Of a stretch of DNA of 32,000 bases, positions 1-8,673 are shown piece by piece. The translations under genes were made by a program, and so were the position numbers. Position 1 is the first letter of the stretch. Each line of letters starts with the position of its first letter. Under the pieces are notes generated by a model, which was not told where the DNA came from, ran no database searches, and was given only the letters and a program-made list of their open reading frames with translations. This DNA is from Okeania sp. (lineage in GTDB: Bacteria > Cyanobacteriota > Cyanobacteriia > Cyanobacteriales > Microcoleaceae): the NCBI RefSeq assembly GCF_035285525.1, contig NZ_JAYKGW010000151.1, positions 1-32,000 of the forward strand. The letters run 5' to 3'.

Positions 1-100
1 TAGTAATTTCAGGAAATTATTTCACATATTAAAGTTGGAAAATATTTGTGAAATTTCTAAAGTGAATTGGTATTAAATTCAGAGGATTAAATAATTTAAG

Positions 101-1795
101 ATGACAGAATCAGGGTTTGATTTTAGCCACTACTATACATATCAAGAAATAGTAGATTTTCTCAATCAAATGAGGGAAAAAAATCCTCATTTGATAGATT
201 TAAAAGTTATTGGCAAAAGCTATGGCGGACTAGATATTTTCCTAGCTACTCTGACAAATCAAAATACAGGGGAAGCTTTAGAAAAACCAGGATATTGGAT
301 TGATGCTAATATTCATGCTGGAGAAGTTACAGGTTCAGCAGTTGCTTTATATACTATTTATTACTTACTAAATAATTATAATACTGAACCTCGAATCACT
401 CATTTATTAGATAACTTCACGATTTATATTTTACCTCGCATTGCTGTTGATGGGGCAGAAAAATATTTGACAACTCCTGATATTTTGCGATCGAGTATTC
501 GTCATTATCCTTATCCAGAAGAACGGGATGGTCTCCACTCGGAAGATATCAATGGGGATGGGTTAATTTTGCAAATGCGACTCAAAGATAACTGTGGAGC
601 TTGGAAAATTTCCTCAGAAGATCCCAGAATTATGATACCTCGTGAACCTGATGAATTTGGAGATACTTACTATACTATTTTGCCAGAGGGAACGATCAAA
701 AATTATGACGGTTATGATATCAAAGTTGCTCCCAAAAAGGAAGGAATAGATTTTAATCGCAACTATCCTTTTGAGTGGCGACCAGAGGGAAAACAAATAG
801 GCGCTGGAGATTTTCCTTTTTCTGAACCTGAAACTCTTGCTGTAGCAGAATTTTGGCGAGAGCATCCTAATATTAATGGTTTCATTAACTATCATACATT
901 TTCTGCGGTATTTTTACGTCCCTACTGTGCTTATTCAGACGAACACTTTCCCATAAAAGATTTGGATATTTATAAATTGATTGGAGAAAAAGGTACTGAA
1001 ATTACGGGTTATGAGTGCATTTCGATTTATCATAATTTTTCATATCCAAATGGTGATAAGATTTCTGGGGGAATGCTTGACTATTGTTACGATCGCTTTG
1101 GTTGGTTTGGTTTTTCTATAGAGCTTTGGGATGCACCTACCGCAGCGGGAGTTAAGAAGGGTGGTTATATTGAGTGGTTACGAAGACATCCGGTTGCAGA
1201 TGATTTGAAAATGATGGAATGGAATGATGAAAAATTGGGTGGTAAGGGTTTTGTTGATTGGCAACCTTTTGAGCATCCCCAACTGGGTACAGTAGAAATT
1301 GGTGGTTGGAAAGATAAGGAGGTTTGGCAAAATCCTCCGGTTGATTATTTACCAAAGTTGTGTGAGGAACAATGTCAGTTTGCTATTACTCATGCTTTGA
1401 TGTCACCTCGTTTAGCAGTCAGTCAGACAGTAGTTGAACATCAGGGTGGCGATCTCTATCGTCTGGTGGTGCAGTTAGAAAATCAAGGATTTTTGCCTAC
1501 CTATACCAGTGAAAAAGCTTTGTCACAAAAAAGTGTGAAACCAATAGAGGTAATTTTAGATTTACCTGATGGTGTGATGTTGGTGAGTGGGAAACAAAAG
1601 CAGGAAATTGAGCATTTGCAGGGGCGATCAAGTACAGCTTTTAGTAGTTTCCATTGGTTTCCTCAACATGGAAATTATCGTTGTCATTTGGAGTGGGTGG
1701 TTAAAGGTGTTGCTGGTTGTAAAGTTGAGGTGGCGGCAAAAGCGGAACGTGCGGGTTTGGTGAGGGCAGTGATTAGTTTAATGGATAATGGATAA
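101..1795 (+). CDS. M14-family zinc carboxypeptidase
   Basis: 564-aa ORF with ATG at 101 and AGAGGA about 14 nt upstream. The translation shows M14 motifs: H-x-x-E zinc ligands in NIHAGEVTGS, DFNRNYP (substrate-binding Arg region), and the third His in INYHTFS. Confidence 0.85.
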   Translation: MTESGFDFSHYYTYQEIVDFLNQMREKNPHLIDLKVIGKSYGGLDIFLATLTNQNTGEALEKPGYWIDANIHAGEVTGSAVALYTIYYLLNNYNTEPRITHLLDNFTIYILPRIAVDGAEKYLTTPDILRSSIRHYPYPEERDGLHSEDINGDGLILQMRLKDNCGAWKISSEDPRIMIPREPDEFGDTYYTILPEGTIKNYDGYDIKVAPKKEGIDFNRNYPFEWRPEGKQIGAGDFPFSEPETLAVAEFWREHPNINGFINYHTFSAVFLRPYCAYSDEHFPIKDLDIYKLIGEKGTEITGYECISIYHNFSYPNGDKISGGMLDYCYDRFGWFGFSIELWDAPTAAGVKKGGYIEWLRRHPVADDLKMMEWNDEKLGGKGFVDWQPFEHPQLGTVEIGGWKDKEVWQNPPVDYLPKLCEEQCQFAITHALMSPRLAVSQTVVEHQGGDLYRLVVQLENQGFLPTYTSEKALSQKSVKPIEVILDLPDGVMLVSGKQKQEIEHLQGRSSTAFSSFHWFPQHGNYRCHLEWVVKGVAGCKVEVAAKAERAGLVRAVISLMDNG

Positions 1796-1811
1796 TTAGT
1801 TTATTAAATGT

Positions 1812-1840
1812 AGGTTGGGTTTCGTTCCTCAACCCAACCT
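1812..1840. terminator. Perfect 10-bp hairpin between convergent genes (possible bidirectional terminator; member of the TGTAGGTTGGGTT...AACCCAAC repeat family)
   Basis: AGGTTGGGTT (1812-1821) is the exact reverse complement of AACCCAACCT (1831-1840), with a 9-nt loop. It lies between the stop at 1795 (+) and the stop at 1856 (-). No U-tract follows, so terminator function is an inference. Confidence 0.35.
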
Positions 1841-1855
1841 ATGCTTGATCAATTA

Positions 1856-2428
1856 TCAATTGTTCATTATTCCATTTTCTGTACAAACAAAATCAAGAGG
1901 TTTATCCCAAGAGTCTATGGGTAAATCTGGTAAATAAGCAAATTCAAACACGATGCCAATAGTAGTTTTTGATGACCATTCTGGTTGACTTAGCATCCGA
2001 TCATAAAAACCACCGCCATATCCTAAACGATAATTATTAACATTACAAGCAACAGCAGGAACTAAGATTAAATCTACTTCTGATGATTTTAATAATGGTG
2101 CATTTGACTCTGGTTCCAGAATACCATAAGCACCTTTTTGTAGAGAATTTCCTGGTTGCCAAATATGCCAAACAAGAGATTTTTCCACACAGCGAGGAAA
2201 ACCCCAATTTTTAGGAGGAAATGTGTTTTTTTCTTCAGTATTTGTAAACAATAAACTTAAGTCTGGTTCCTGACGAAAACTGAAGTAAGCTAAGACGGTT
2301 TTAGCTGTTTGGAATAGGGAGAAATTTTGTAAATGGTAACATAGGCGATCGCTCTTTTCTCTCCATTCTATTTCCGACATAGATCGACGTTTTTTTAACA
2401 AGGATTTTCTTAGTTCTTTTTTAAGCAT
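1856..2428 (-). CDS. 5-formyltetrahydrofolate cyclo-ligase (MTHFS family)
   Basis: The ORF opens at TTG 2440. The first ATG, at 2428, gives MLKKELRKSLLKKRR. The C-terminal YRLGYGGGFYDR is the conserved 5-FCL motif, and the ~190 aa size fits. Confidence 0.85.
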   Translation of the reverse strand: MLKKELRKSLLKKRRSMSEIEWREKSDRLCYHLQNFSLFQTAKTVLAYFSFRQEPDLSLLFTNTEEKNTFPPKNWGFPRCVEKSLVWHIWQPGNSLQKGAYGILEPESNAPLLKSSEVDLILVPAVACNVNNYRLGYGGGFYDRMLSQPEWSSKTTIGIVFEFAYLPDLPIDSWDKPLDFVCTENGIMNN

Positions 2429-2452
2429 TAATGTGATCAAAATAATATTATC

Positions 2453-2559
2453 AGGACTTACGCAAAGACTCTATATATAGTGGCTTGGTGCGTTACGCTC
2501 GCGCTTTACATGTCGGGTAGCGAAACACACCCTACTAATAGCGTTAATGCGTAAGTCCT
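2453..2559. repeat. Family A MITE-like element (TIR AGGACTTACGCA / TGCGTAAGTCCT)
   Basis: 12-nt perfect terminal inverted repeats at 2453-2464 and 2548-2559. The flanks extend the TIR to about 20 nt (AATATTATC... / ...TAATTATATT). The interior contains the GGTGCGTTACG module seen in other copies. The element starts 25 nt from the ATG of the cyclo-ligase gene. Confidence 0.7.
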
Positions 2560-2746
2560 AATTATATTAGTGTGTTTAATAATTAATAATTAACAATTAA
2601 TAATTACCTCTTCTTATATTGATATAATATCAAGTCTTATTAATTAGTCATAGGATTTTACCGTAGGGACTTGGAAACCAAATCCCTTATTTGTTTGGCT
2701 TTGGAGACCAAAGCCAAACAATAATGAAAACTGATAACTAATTGGA

Positions 2747-3268
2747 TTATTCTTCTTCATTTATATTACTATTAGATGGAGAAAGAAGGTCTAATGATAA
2801 TTGTTGCGGTAGTTGCTCTAGTTGGAAATATTGATGAAACTTATCTGTGACTTGTAACCAATAAGAACGAGATTCCTTCTGACGACGTTTACGGATAAAA
2901 CCTAAATTTACCAGCTCTGGAACGTGTTGATAAATTCCCGAACCACGAATATCTACTAATTCTGATTGGGTAATACCTCCTTTCAGGGCGATCGCTGCTA
3001 AAGTCCTCAAAGCACCTACTCCTAATTCTGGTTGAATCAAACTTTCTATCAACTCAGCAAAGGTTGACTTTAGTTGCAGACTATAACCTTTTTCCGTTTT
3101 GACAACTTCTAAAGCAGTATTTCGATGGGCATATTCGGACATTAATTCCATTAAAGCATCCTTGACTTGGCCACGCTCACATTTGGCAATTTCAGTAATT
3201 TCAGAAATGGAGAGGGGTTGTCCCTTGAGATATAAAATTGCCTCAATTTTACTGGAAAGACTATACAT
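2747..3268 (-). CDS. scpB: Segregation and condensation protein B
   Basis: 173-aa ORF with ATG at 3268. The N-terminal IEAILYLKGQPLSISEI and the later ALRTLAAIALKGGITQSELVDIRG are the two winged-helix segments typical of ScpB. Confidence 0.85.
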   Translation of the reverse strand: MYSLSSKIEAILYLKGQPLSISEITEIAKCERGQVKDALMELMSEYAHRNTALEVVKTEKGYSLQLKSTFAELIESLIQPELGVGALRTLAAIALKGGITQSELVDIRGSGIYQHVPELVNLGFIRKRRQKESRSYWLQVTDKFHQYFQLEQLPQQLSLDLLSPSNSNINEEE

Positions 3269-3356
3269 TTAGTATCATTAGTTACCGTGATTGTCTTGGA
3301 TTTTAACAAAATTTATGATATTATAAAAGCTTGTGTGTAAAATTTAGAGTAAATCC

Positions 3357-3554
3357 ATGCCAAAACTCAAAACTCGCAAAGCAGCAGCTAAACGCTTTAA
3401 AGCTACAGGTAGTGGGAAAATCAAACGTCGTAAAGCTTTCAAAAGTCATCTTTTGGAGCATAAAAGTTCTACTCGTAAAAATGACTTGTCAAAAATGACT
3501 CTTGTCCATGAGACGAATGAAGAGAATGTACGTTTAATGCTTCCTTATTTATAA
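3357..3554 (+). CDS. rpmI: 50S ribosomal protein L35
   Basis: [33 protein letters not shown] is the near-invariant L35 N-terminus. The protein is 65 aa and sits directly upstream of rplT. Confidence 0.95.
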   Translation: MPKLKTRKAAAKRFKATGSGKIKRRKAFKSHLLEHKSSTRKNDLSKMTLVHETNEENVRLMLPYL

Positions 3555-3589
3555 AGTAAAAGTAAAAATTATCGATTAGGAGATAAATT

Positions 3590-3946
3590 ATGCCTAGAGT
3601 CAAAAGAGGTAATGTTGCTCGTAAACGCCGTAATAAAATTCTGAAGCTTGCTAAAGGATTTAGAGGGGCACAGTCTAGATTATTTAGAGTTGCTAATCAA
3701 CGAGTTATGCAGGCTTTACGGAATGCCTATCGCGATCGCCGGAAACGGAAACGGGACTTTCGTCGTTTGTGGATTGCCCGAATCAATGCTGCAGCTCGTC
3801 AAGAAGGTGTTAGTTATAGTCAATTAATTGGCAATATGAAAAAAGCCAATATAGCTATTAACCGTAAAATGTTAGCACAATTAGCTGTTTTAGAGCCTGA
3901 AACTTTTGCAAAAGTTGTGGAATTGGCAAATCAAGCAAAAGGATAA
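3590..3946 (+). CDS. rplT: 50S ribosomal protein L20
   Basis: [26 protein letters not shown]... is canonical L20. AGGAG lies 8 nt upstream of the ATG. The protein is 118 aa. Confidence 0.95.
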   Translation: MPRVKRGNVARKRRNKILKLAKGFRGAQSRLFRVANQRVMQALRNAYRDRRKRKRDFRRLWIARINAAARQEGVSYSQLIGNMKKANIAINRKMLAQLAVLEPETFAKVVELANQAKG

Positions 3947-3984
3947 TTAATAATGGATAATTGATAATGGATAATTGATAATTT
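3941..3984. repeat. GGATAAT/TGATAAT heptamer tandem repeat (STRR-like)
   Basis: The sequence is GGATAATTAATAATGGATAATTGATAATGGATAATTGATAATT. The first GGATAA supplies the rplT Gly-stop. An inverted partner, ATTATCCATTATTCATTATTCATT, lies at 4057-4079. Confidence 0.8.
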
Positions 3985-4114
3985 AGAAATATGACAGCCC
4001 TGTTTTATTTGTGTCATAAATCTCACCTAAACTATGTACAATTGCTATAGTTTTAATTATCCATTATTCATTATTCATTCACCTAAAATTAAAATTAATC
4101 CTGGGTAAAAATTT

Positions 4115-4645
4115 ATGGATAGTAATCTATCAGTTTTATACTTATTAATACTGCTAATATTCTTGTCTATAGCATCTATATTTATTATACGTCAGGTTAG
4201 AAAGACAAGAACAACAGAAAGTCAGCTTTCTAAATTGAAAAATAAACTAACAAAAGAAAAGGGAACGGTAGATGAATATTATCAACTTGCTAGTATATAT
4301 TTAGAAAAAAAAATATATGTTCAAGCAGTTCAATTGTTGCAAAAAGCTCTGAGATTAAAAGACTCAGAAAATGAAGAAAATATGCCTAAAATTTATAATG
4401 CTCTTGGTTTTGCTTACTTCGCTCAAGAACAATATGATATTGCGATTAAGCAATATAAAGAAGCATTAAAAATAGATTCTAGTTATGTGACAGCTTATAA
4501 TAATTTGGGTCATGCTTATGAGAAGAAAAATTTGACTGCTCCTGCTTTAGAAGCTTATGAGTCAGCACTGAAATGTGACCCTAAAAATGATACTGCAAAA
4601 AGACGTGCAGAATCTATGAAGAAACGTTTAATACCATCGTCTTAA
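4115..4645 (+). CDS. Membrane-anchored TPR-repeat protein
   Basis: An N-terminal hydrophobic helix (LSVLYLLILLIFLSIASIFII) is followed by about three 34-aa TPR-like units (YYQLASIYLEKK..., YNALGFAYFAQEQYDIAIKQYKEALKIDSSY, AYNNLGHAYEKK...). Confidence 0.7.
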   Translation: MDSNLSVLYLLILLIFLSIASIFIIRQVRKTRTTESQLSKLKNKLTKEKGTVDEYYQLASIYLEKKIYVQAVQLLQKALRLKDSENEENMPKIYNALGFAYFAQEQYDIAIKQYKEALKIDSSYVTAYNNLGHAYEKKNLTAPALEAYESALKCDPKNDTAKRRAESMKKRLIPSS

Positions 4646-4701
4646 TTTAAAGTATTTAGCTATTAGCATTCAACTTTTGTAACTTCTACTTTTCTGAACT
4701 T

Positions 4702-4739
4702 AGAAACCCGGTTTCTCATATCGGGTTTCTTTTTTTTTT
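4702..4739 (+). terminator. Rho-independent terminator downstream of the TPR gene
   Basis: AGAAACCCG (4702-4710) pairs with CGGGTTTCT (4722-4730) across an 11-nt loop and is followed by a T10 run (4730-4739). It lies 57 nt after the stop at 4645. It is built from the GAAACCCGGTTTC repeat family. Confidence 0.6.
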
Positions 4740-4836
4740 ACGAGAAATGGGGTTTCTTTTGTAAGGTACGAACTTAGAACTTAGAAACCGGGTTTCTTTG
4801 CGTAAGTCGGGTTTCTTTGGGTAAGTCAGTTATCAA

Positions 4837-5511
4837 TTATCCATTATTAATTCCTAAAAGAGTTTCTGTTATGGTTGCCAACTTCTGCAAATTAGCTTCT
4901 AATTCTTGAGCACGTTTCTGATATTTTTGCTTACGAACTAAGGCAGCGCGAGCTAAATCTTCCCGGTCTTTTTTGAGAGCTGTAAAAGCAACTTTTTCCC
5001 AGTCATTTATTTCTTGTAAACTTTGTTTATATTCAGGTTGAATATTTTCCCAAGCTACTTTAATATCTGCTAAAGCTTGACTTACTAAATCATTAGTATC
5101 AACCTGAGTTTTTCCTGCTAAAATTGCTTCCTGAAGTGGTTTAGATATTTGCTCGACATTAATGCGATCAAGTAGAGGAATAAAGTTTTTTACTTGTTGA
5201 CTATAACTAAGTCCAGTGATACACCAAGTTGCAAAGTGTTCACAATTATTAAAAAGAAGATTATATTTTTTTTCTCCTAGTCTACTTTCTGCTCTTTGAA
5301 TAACTGTATCAGCAATATAACGAAGTGGGTAACGTTTAATATAAACTTTTCTGCCATCAGTAAATTCTCTGGTAGAAGTTCGTTCAATAGTGTCTGTACC
5401 TTTGCGATAATGAATAACTGTTCCATCCCCACAGTCAATACCATGATGTTCGTAAACACCATCGATCTTGAGAAATTCTCTAAGAGTGTATATTTGTTCT
5501 CCCCGTGCCAT
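4837..5511 (-). CDS. LRAT / NlpC-P60-type acyltransferase-hydrolase domain fused to a PspA/IM30-like coiled-coil hairpin
   Basis: The catalytic His is in VYEHHGID and the Cys is in the NNCEHFATWC signature (LRAT/H-rev107 family). Residues ~135-224 are heptad-rich, and INDWEKVAFTALKKDREDLARAALVRKQKYQKRAQELEANL matches the PspA/IM30 helix 2-3 pattern (W..A..AL.KG.EDLAR.AL.RK). Confidence 0.7.
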   Translation of the reverse strand: MARGEQIYTLREFLKIDGVYEHHGIDCGDGTVIHYRKGTDTIERTSTREFTDGRKVYIKRYPLRYIADTVIQRAESRLGEKKYNLLFNNCEHFATWCITGLSYSQQVKNFIPLLDRINVEQISKPLQEAILAGKTQVDTNDLVSQALADIKVAWENIQPEYKQSLQEINDWEKVAFTALKKDREDLARAALVRKQKYQKRAQELEANLQKLATITETLLGINNG

Positions 5512-5595
5512 ATTATTTTTTCTAAATTTATTACATTTTTATAGCGCTTCCCGTTGTCAGTGAGGTAAACTCATTTTTGGTGATGTATATTCATC

Positions 5596-5662
5596 GCGGG
5601 CAAGATGCCCGCACTACAAAATTTTTACCATTCACCTTCAAAGTCCCCCTTTCAAAGGGGGA
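5596..5662. repeat. Two dispersed hairpin repeats (GCGGGCAAGATGCCCGC and TCCCCCTTTCAAAGGGGGA)
   Basis: GCGGGCAAGATGCCCGC followed by ACTACAAAA lies at 5596-5621. An inverted, degenerate copy (TTTTGTAGTGCGGGCAAGATG) is at 20814-20834. TCCCCCTTTCAAAGGGGGA is at 5644-5662. Confidence 0.6.
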
Positions 5663-5679
5663 TTTAGGGGGATTATTAT

Positions 5680-6456
5680 CTAACTTTTGGAAAAAAATTT
5701 GATACCAACTAAAAGTATTAATCCTAAAGATAATATTCCAGCACTAATAGCCAGAATTAAAATATCTAAATGACGAACTGCAATTGCTGTTAATGCCCAA
5801 ATAAATACTAAAGTATAAGCAATATCTTGTTTTTGAATATTAATAATTGTGGCAATAACAGTGCCAATTATTAACATAATTATTGTCCAAATAATACCAA
5901 TTTGTTCTGAACTATTCCAGCCTAAATTATCTAGAGCGCAGGCGACATTTACAATTGTGGCGACACTAATCCAACCAAAATATATACTAATAGGATGATG
6001 AACGAACCATTTATCTTTTTTTGAGACTTTTTCATAGCTAATTCCTAAATTTAGATATAGACAAATTAAACAACCTAAAATTGCTAACATTGCCAAGACT
6101 GAAAGAATAAATAGCTGATATTGAAATAAAAATACCCAAACAATTTGTGCCAGACTTGCTCCTACTAAAAAATATTGACATCTGGGTAAAATTTTATTCT
6201 CTCGTTGTGCTGGCAAAACTTGATAAATTCCCAAACTAATTAAACCTAAATAAATTAATCCCCAAATAGCAAAAGCATAACTAGCAGGAGTAATCAAAAC
6301 ATTCTTAAATGTTGTGTTAGAAATTGCTCCTATTGTTTGACCGCTGGGAGGAGCAATATTTACATAAACATTCATGAAAAAAGCAGCTAAAATAGCAATT
6401 AAATGAGACCATCGCTGAATAATATCTGAGTCAAATTTATCTGTATTAGTTTTCAT
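5680..6456 (-). CDS. Polytopic integral membrane protein, tentatively TspO/MBR-related
   Basis: 258-aa ORF with ATG at 6456 and about 8 hydrophobic segments. It is rich in Trp and aromatic residues. ITPASYAFAIWGLIYLGL resembles long TspO/MBR-like cyanobacterial proteins. The family assignment is from memory only. Confidence 0.55.
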   Translation of the reverse strand: MKTNTDKFDSDIIQRWSHLIAILAAFFMNVYVNIAPPSGQTIGAISNTTFKNVLITPASYAFAIWGLIYLGLISLGIYQVLPAQRENKILPRCQYFLVGASLAQIVWVFLFQYQLFILSVLAMLAILGCLICLYLNLGISYEKVSKKDKWFVHHPISIYFGWISVATIVNVACALDNLGWNSSEQIGIIWTIIMLIIGTVIATIINIQKQDIAYTLVFIWALTAIAVRHLDILILAISAGILSLGLILLVGIKFFSKS

Positions 6457-6491
6457 AATTATAGTTATTTTTGTGCATAAATATTATTATC

Positions 6492-6593
6492 AGGACTAAA
6501 GCCATGTGAACCCATAAACCCGGTTTCTCCTAGACATCTATTGCTCAAAACAACGATTTATCGTAGAAACCAGGTTTCGCATGCGTAAGTCCT
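6492..6593. repeat. Family A MITE-like element (left TIR degenerate)
   Basis: The left end is AGGACTAAAGCC and the right end is a perfect TGCGTAAGTCCT (6582-6593). It has the same AATATTATTATC / TAATTATAT flanks as the copy at 2453. The interior carries AAACCCGGTTTC / GAAACCAGGTTTC hairpin arms. It lies 36 nt upstream of the ATG at 6456. Confidence 0.6.
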
Positions 6594-6707
6594 AATTATA
6601 TAGTAATCCTACTTTTAAGTTGTACGATTTTAGCCTCTAAACCAAGCTCGAAAATAGGATTTGGAAATCAAACCCCTACAGTTTTTTCTCAAGTCATTGA
6701 GAATCAC

Positions 6708-6831
6708 TATAGCAATCGTAAATAGGTTGTGAGATTTTATAGTAGGGTTTTGGTCTCCAAACCCCTTGGCGCTTGGGTTGGGAAACCAAACCCCTACAGT
6801 TTTTTCTCACGAATGATTTCATATTGCTATA
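6708..6831. mobile_element. Family G MITE-like element (TIR TATAGCAAT...ATTGCTATA) with internal GGGTTTGG/CCAAACCC hairpins
   Basis: TATAGCAATCGTAAATAGG at 6708 is close to TATAGCAATCCTAAATAGG at 13923 and to 29114. ATTGCTATA lies at 6823-6831. The interior has GTAGGGTTTTGGTCTCCAAACCCC and GGGTTGGGAAACCAAACCCCTACAGTTTTTTCTCA. The latter also occurs at 6656-6691 and 17708-17745. Confidence 0.5.
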
Positions 6832-6849
6832 TATATATTTAATGCCAAA

Positions 6850-6961
6850 TTACAGCAGATTTCACTAGACATGAGGTACACCCCCATAGGGGCTTTCCGG
6901 CCCGCACTAGAAACATTTAATTCTGAATATTTGTACTTCATATACCTGGAATCTGCTGTAA
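6850..6961. mobile_element. Family F MITE-like element, short variant (TIR TTACAGCAGATTTCAC / GGAATCTGCTGTAA)
   Basis: The ends TTACAGCAGATT (6850-) and AATCTGCTGTAA (-6961) are inverted repeats. The subterminal GAGGTACA / TGTAC motifs are shared with the copies at 18693 and 26859. Confidence 0.55.
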
Positions 6962-7061
6962 GTAAGTACTGACGAAAAAACTAACTATATAACAAAAAGT
7001 AAAGTAGCTCTAAAGTTTTTTTCTTCTGCCTTCATAAATACGATAAATTTTAACCACCTAC

Positions 7062-7436
7062 TTAATCTTCAATTACTTCCAATCCACAAGCTTCTGCGAG
7101 TTGTTGCGCTATGCTTTTATATTGACGAGGTGGAGTCCGAGTATCCAAGTCTAAATTGAAACCTTCTACAACACGCTGAATTAATTTTGAACGCCAAATA
7201 GCTTCTATTTCATAATCTGAACTCAGACTACCTTCAGATAATGCTTCCATTAATTTATCTAATATTTGATATTGCCCCACTAAAATTGCTGCTTTCGTAA
7301 CATCACCAGAATCAGTATCCAGAGCATCTAATTGTCTACTAACTCGATTCCATTCTGTATCAATTATTGTTGTCAAAACTTTGGCAAGTTGAGCATCACG
7401 TTGCTGTTTCAATACTTGAAATTCTTGGTTAATCAT
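7062..7436 (-). CDS. Hypothetical protein (124 aa, acidic, helical)
   Basis: ATG at 7436 with AGGAG about 8 nt upstream and a clean ORF. I recognise no motif. Confidence 0.6.
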   Translation of the reverse strand: MINQEFQVLKQQRDAQLAKVLTTIIDTEWNRVSRQLDALDTDSGDVTKAAILVGQYQILDKLMEALSEGSLSSDYEIEAIWRSKLIQRVVEGFNLDLDTRTPPRQYKSIAQQLAEACGLEVIED

Positions 7437-7808
7437 TATTATTAGCTCCTAAACATACCATTATTTTTATTTATTCTTATATATCACATCTATCAGATTA
7501 TTCTCAGGAATATAATCTTTAATTAATGAATGTAGCTAATTAAGTATTTTTTAGTATTCTTTATTTCTGCTTGAAAAACTATTACCAATTAGAATAAATA
7601 ATGCCTAATAATATTGATTTTTTTCCATGAAAATAAAAGTTATTTAATTAAAAATAACTGAATTTTTGTGGGTATATAGTTAAGCGATCGCTAACGAACA
7701 AAACTACAGTGAAAATTGCTAAAATTATTATGCACTACATAGTATCTTTACTTAAGTCCTGCTGATGTTAAACTAATCAAAAACAATGAAATTAGTATAG
7801 TCAATATC

Positions 7809-8603
7809 ATGGTTAAATTAGATTATCAAATCCAAAAGCGTCTTCCCACTATGGAAGAATTACCCTATAAAGATGATAAACCAGTGGATAGCGAACTACA
7901 AGATTTAATTACTCACTTATTAAAATATATTCTCGACTACATTTGGGCTGATCGTAACGATTGGTTTTTTGGTACAGATATGGGATGGTATTATTCTCCC
8001 GATGAAAACCCCATTGCCCCTGATGGTTTTTTATGTCTGGGAGTAGAGCGCTTCAGAGGAAACCCTTTGCGGTTAAGTTACGTTACCTGGGAAGAAAACT
8101 GGGTAGTTCCTTCCTTAGCAATAGAAGTAGTATCAAAAACTCCGGGTGGGGAATACAAAGAGAAAAAAAGAAAATATGCCCGAAACGGAGTATTGTATTA
8201 TGTAATTTTCGCTCCCCAGCGGGTAAGAAAACCTAAATTGACTCTGTACCGTCTTAACAAAGAAGGAGAATATGAGTTGCAAGAAAAAAACCCAATGTGG
8301 ATGCCAGAAATAGGTTTAGGTATCGGAACAGAAGTAGGAACTTATCACGGAACTACCACGGAATGGCTGTATTGGTATGATGAATTTGGAAAGCGATATC
8401 CTACGGAGGAAGAAGCTCGACTGCAAGATCGGCAAGCTCGACTTCTAGCCGAACAACGTCTAGAGCAAGAACAGGAAGCTCGACTGCAAGATCGTGCAGC
8501 TCGACTTCTAGCTGAACAACAGGCTGAACTTCAGCGACAGCAGGCTGAAAAATTCGCAGCACGTTTGCGAGAATTAGGTATCGATCCAGACGAATTAAAT
8601 TAA
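7809..8603 (+). CDS. Uma2-family (DUF820) PD-(D/E)XK endonuclease with repetitive coiled-coil tail
   Basis: The core pattern PDGFL...PSLAIEVVSKTPGG...KKRKYARNGVLYYVIF matches the Uma2 D...EV.S...K...Y...GV..Y motif set. The C-terminal ARLQDR.ARLLAEQ repeats and the tail RLRELGIDPDEL are typical of cyanobacterial Uma2 proteins. Confidence 0.85.
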   Translation: MVKLDYQIQKRLPTMEELPYKDDKPVDSELQDLITHLLKYILDYIWADRNDWFFGTDMGWYYSPDENPIAPDGFLCLGVERFRGNPLRLSYVTWEENWVVPSLAIEVVSKTPGGEYKEKKRKYARNGVLYYVIFAPQRVRKPKLTLYRLNKEGEYELQEKNPMWMPEIGLGIGTEVGTYHGTTTEWLYWYDEFGKRYPTEEEARLQDRQARLLAEQRLEQEQEARLQDRAARLLAEQQAELQRQQAEKFAARLRELGIDPDELN

Positions 8604-8620
8604 TACTCCAGGAGTTACTA

Positions 8621-8666
8621 ATGGATAATGGATAATTAGAGATAGTTTTCATTATCCATTATTCAT
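8621..8666. repeat. GGATAAT-repeat hairpin downstream of the Uma2 gene
   Basis: ATGGATAATGGATAAT (8621-8636) pairs with ATTATCCATTATTCAT (8651-8666), with 15 of 16 positions complementary. The loop is TAGAGATAGTTTTC. Confidence 0.6.
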
Positions 8667-8673
8667 ATAAGTC

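Noticed and set aside
614-1355. Minus-strand ORFs 614..895 and 1152..1355 inside the carboxypeptidase gene
   Set aside because: They lie entirely antisense to a strongly supported 564-aa CDS, have low-complexity translations and no RBS. They are shadow ORFs typical of AT-rich DNA.
3268-3357. Explicit -35/-10 promoter calls in the scpB / rpmI divergent region and elsewhere
   Set aside because: AT-rich intergenic DNA offers many TATAAT-like hexamers. I could not find a uniquely convincing -35/-10 pair with 17 +/- 1 spacing, so no promoter is annotated.
5277-5544. ORFs 5277..5462 (-) and 5296..5544 (+) overlapping the LRAT-PspA gene
   Set aside because: They are alternative-frame or antisense shadows of a CDS that has clear catalytic motifs, and they show no motifs of their own.
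4837-7436. LRAT-PspA, TspO-like membrane protein and the 124-aa protein as one minus-strand operon or system
   Set aside because: The genes are separated by 168 bp and 605 bp filled with hairpin and MITE repeats and probable terminators. Co-transcription is not supported by the sequence alone.
8033-8652. ORFs 8033..8236 (+) and 8401..8652 (-) overlapping the Uma2 gene
   Set aside because: These are frame shadows. The second is produced by the GC-rich internal repeat read antisense.
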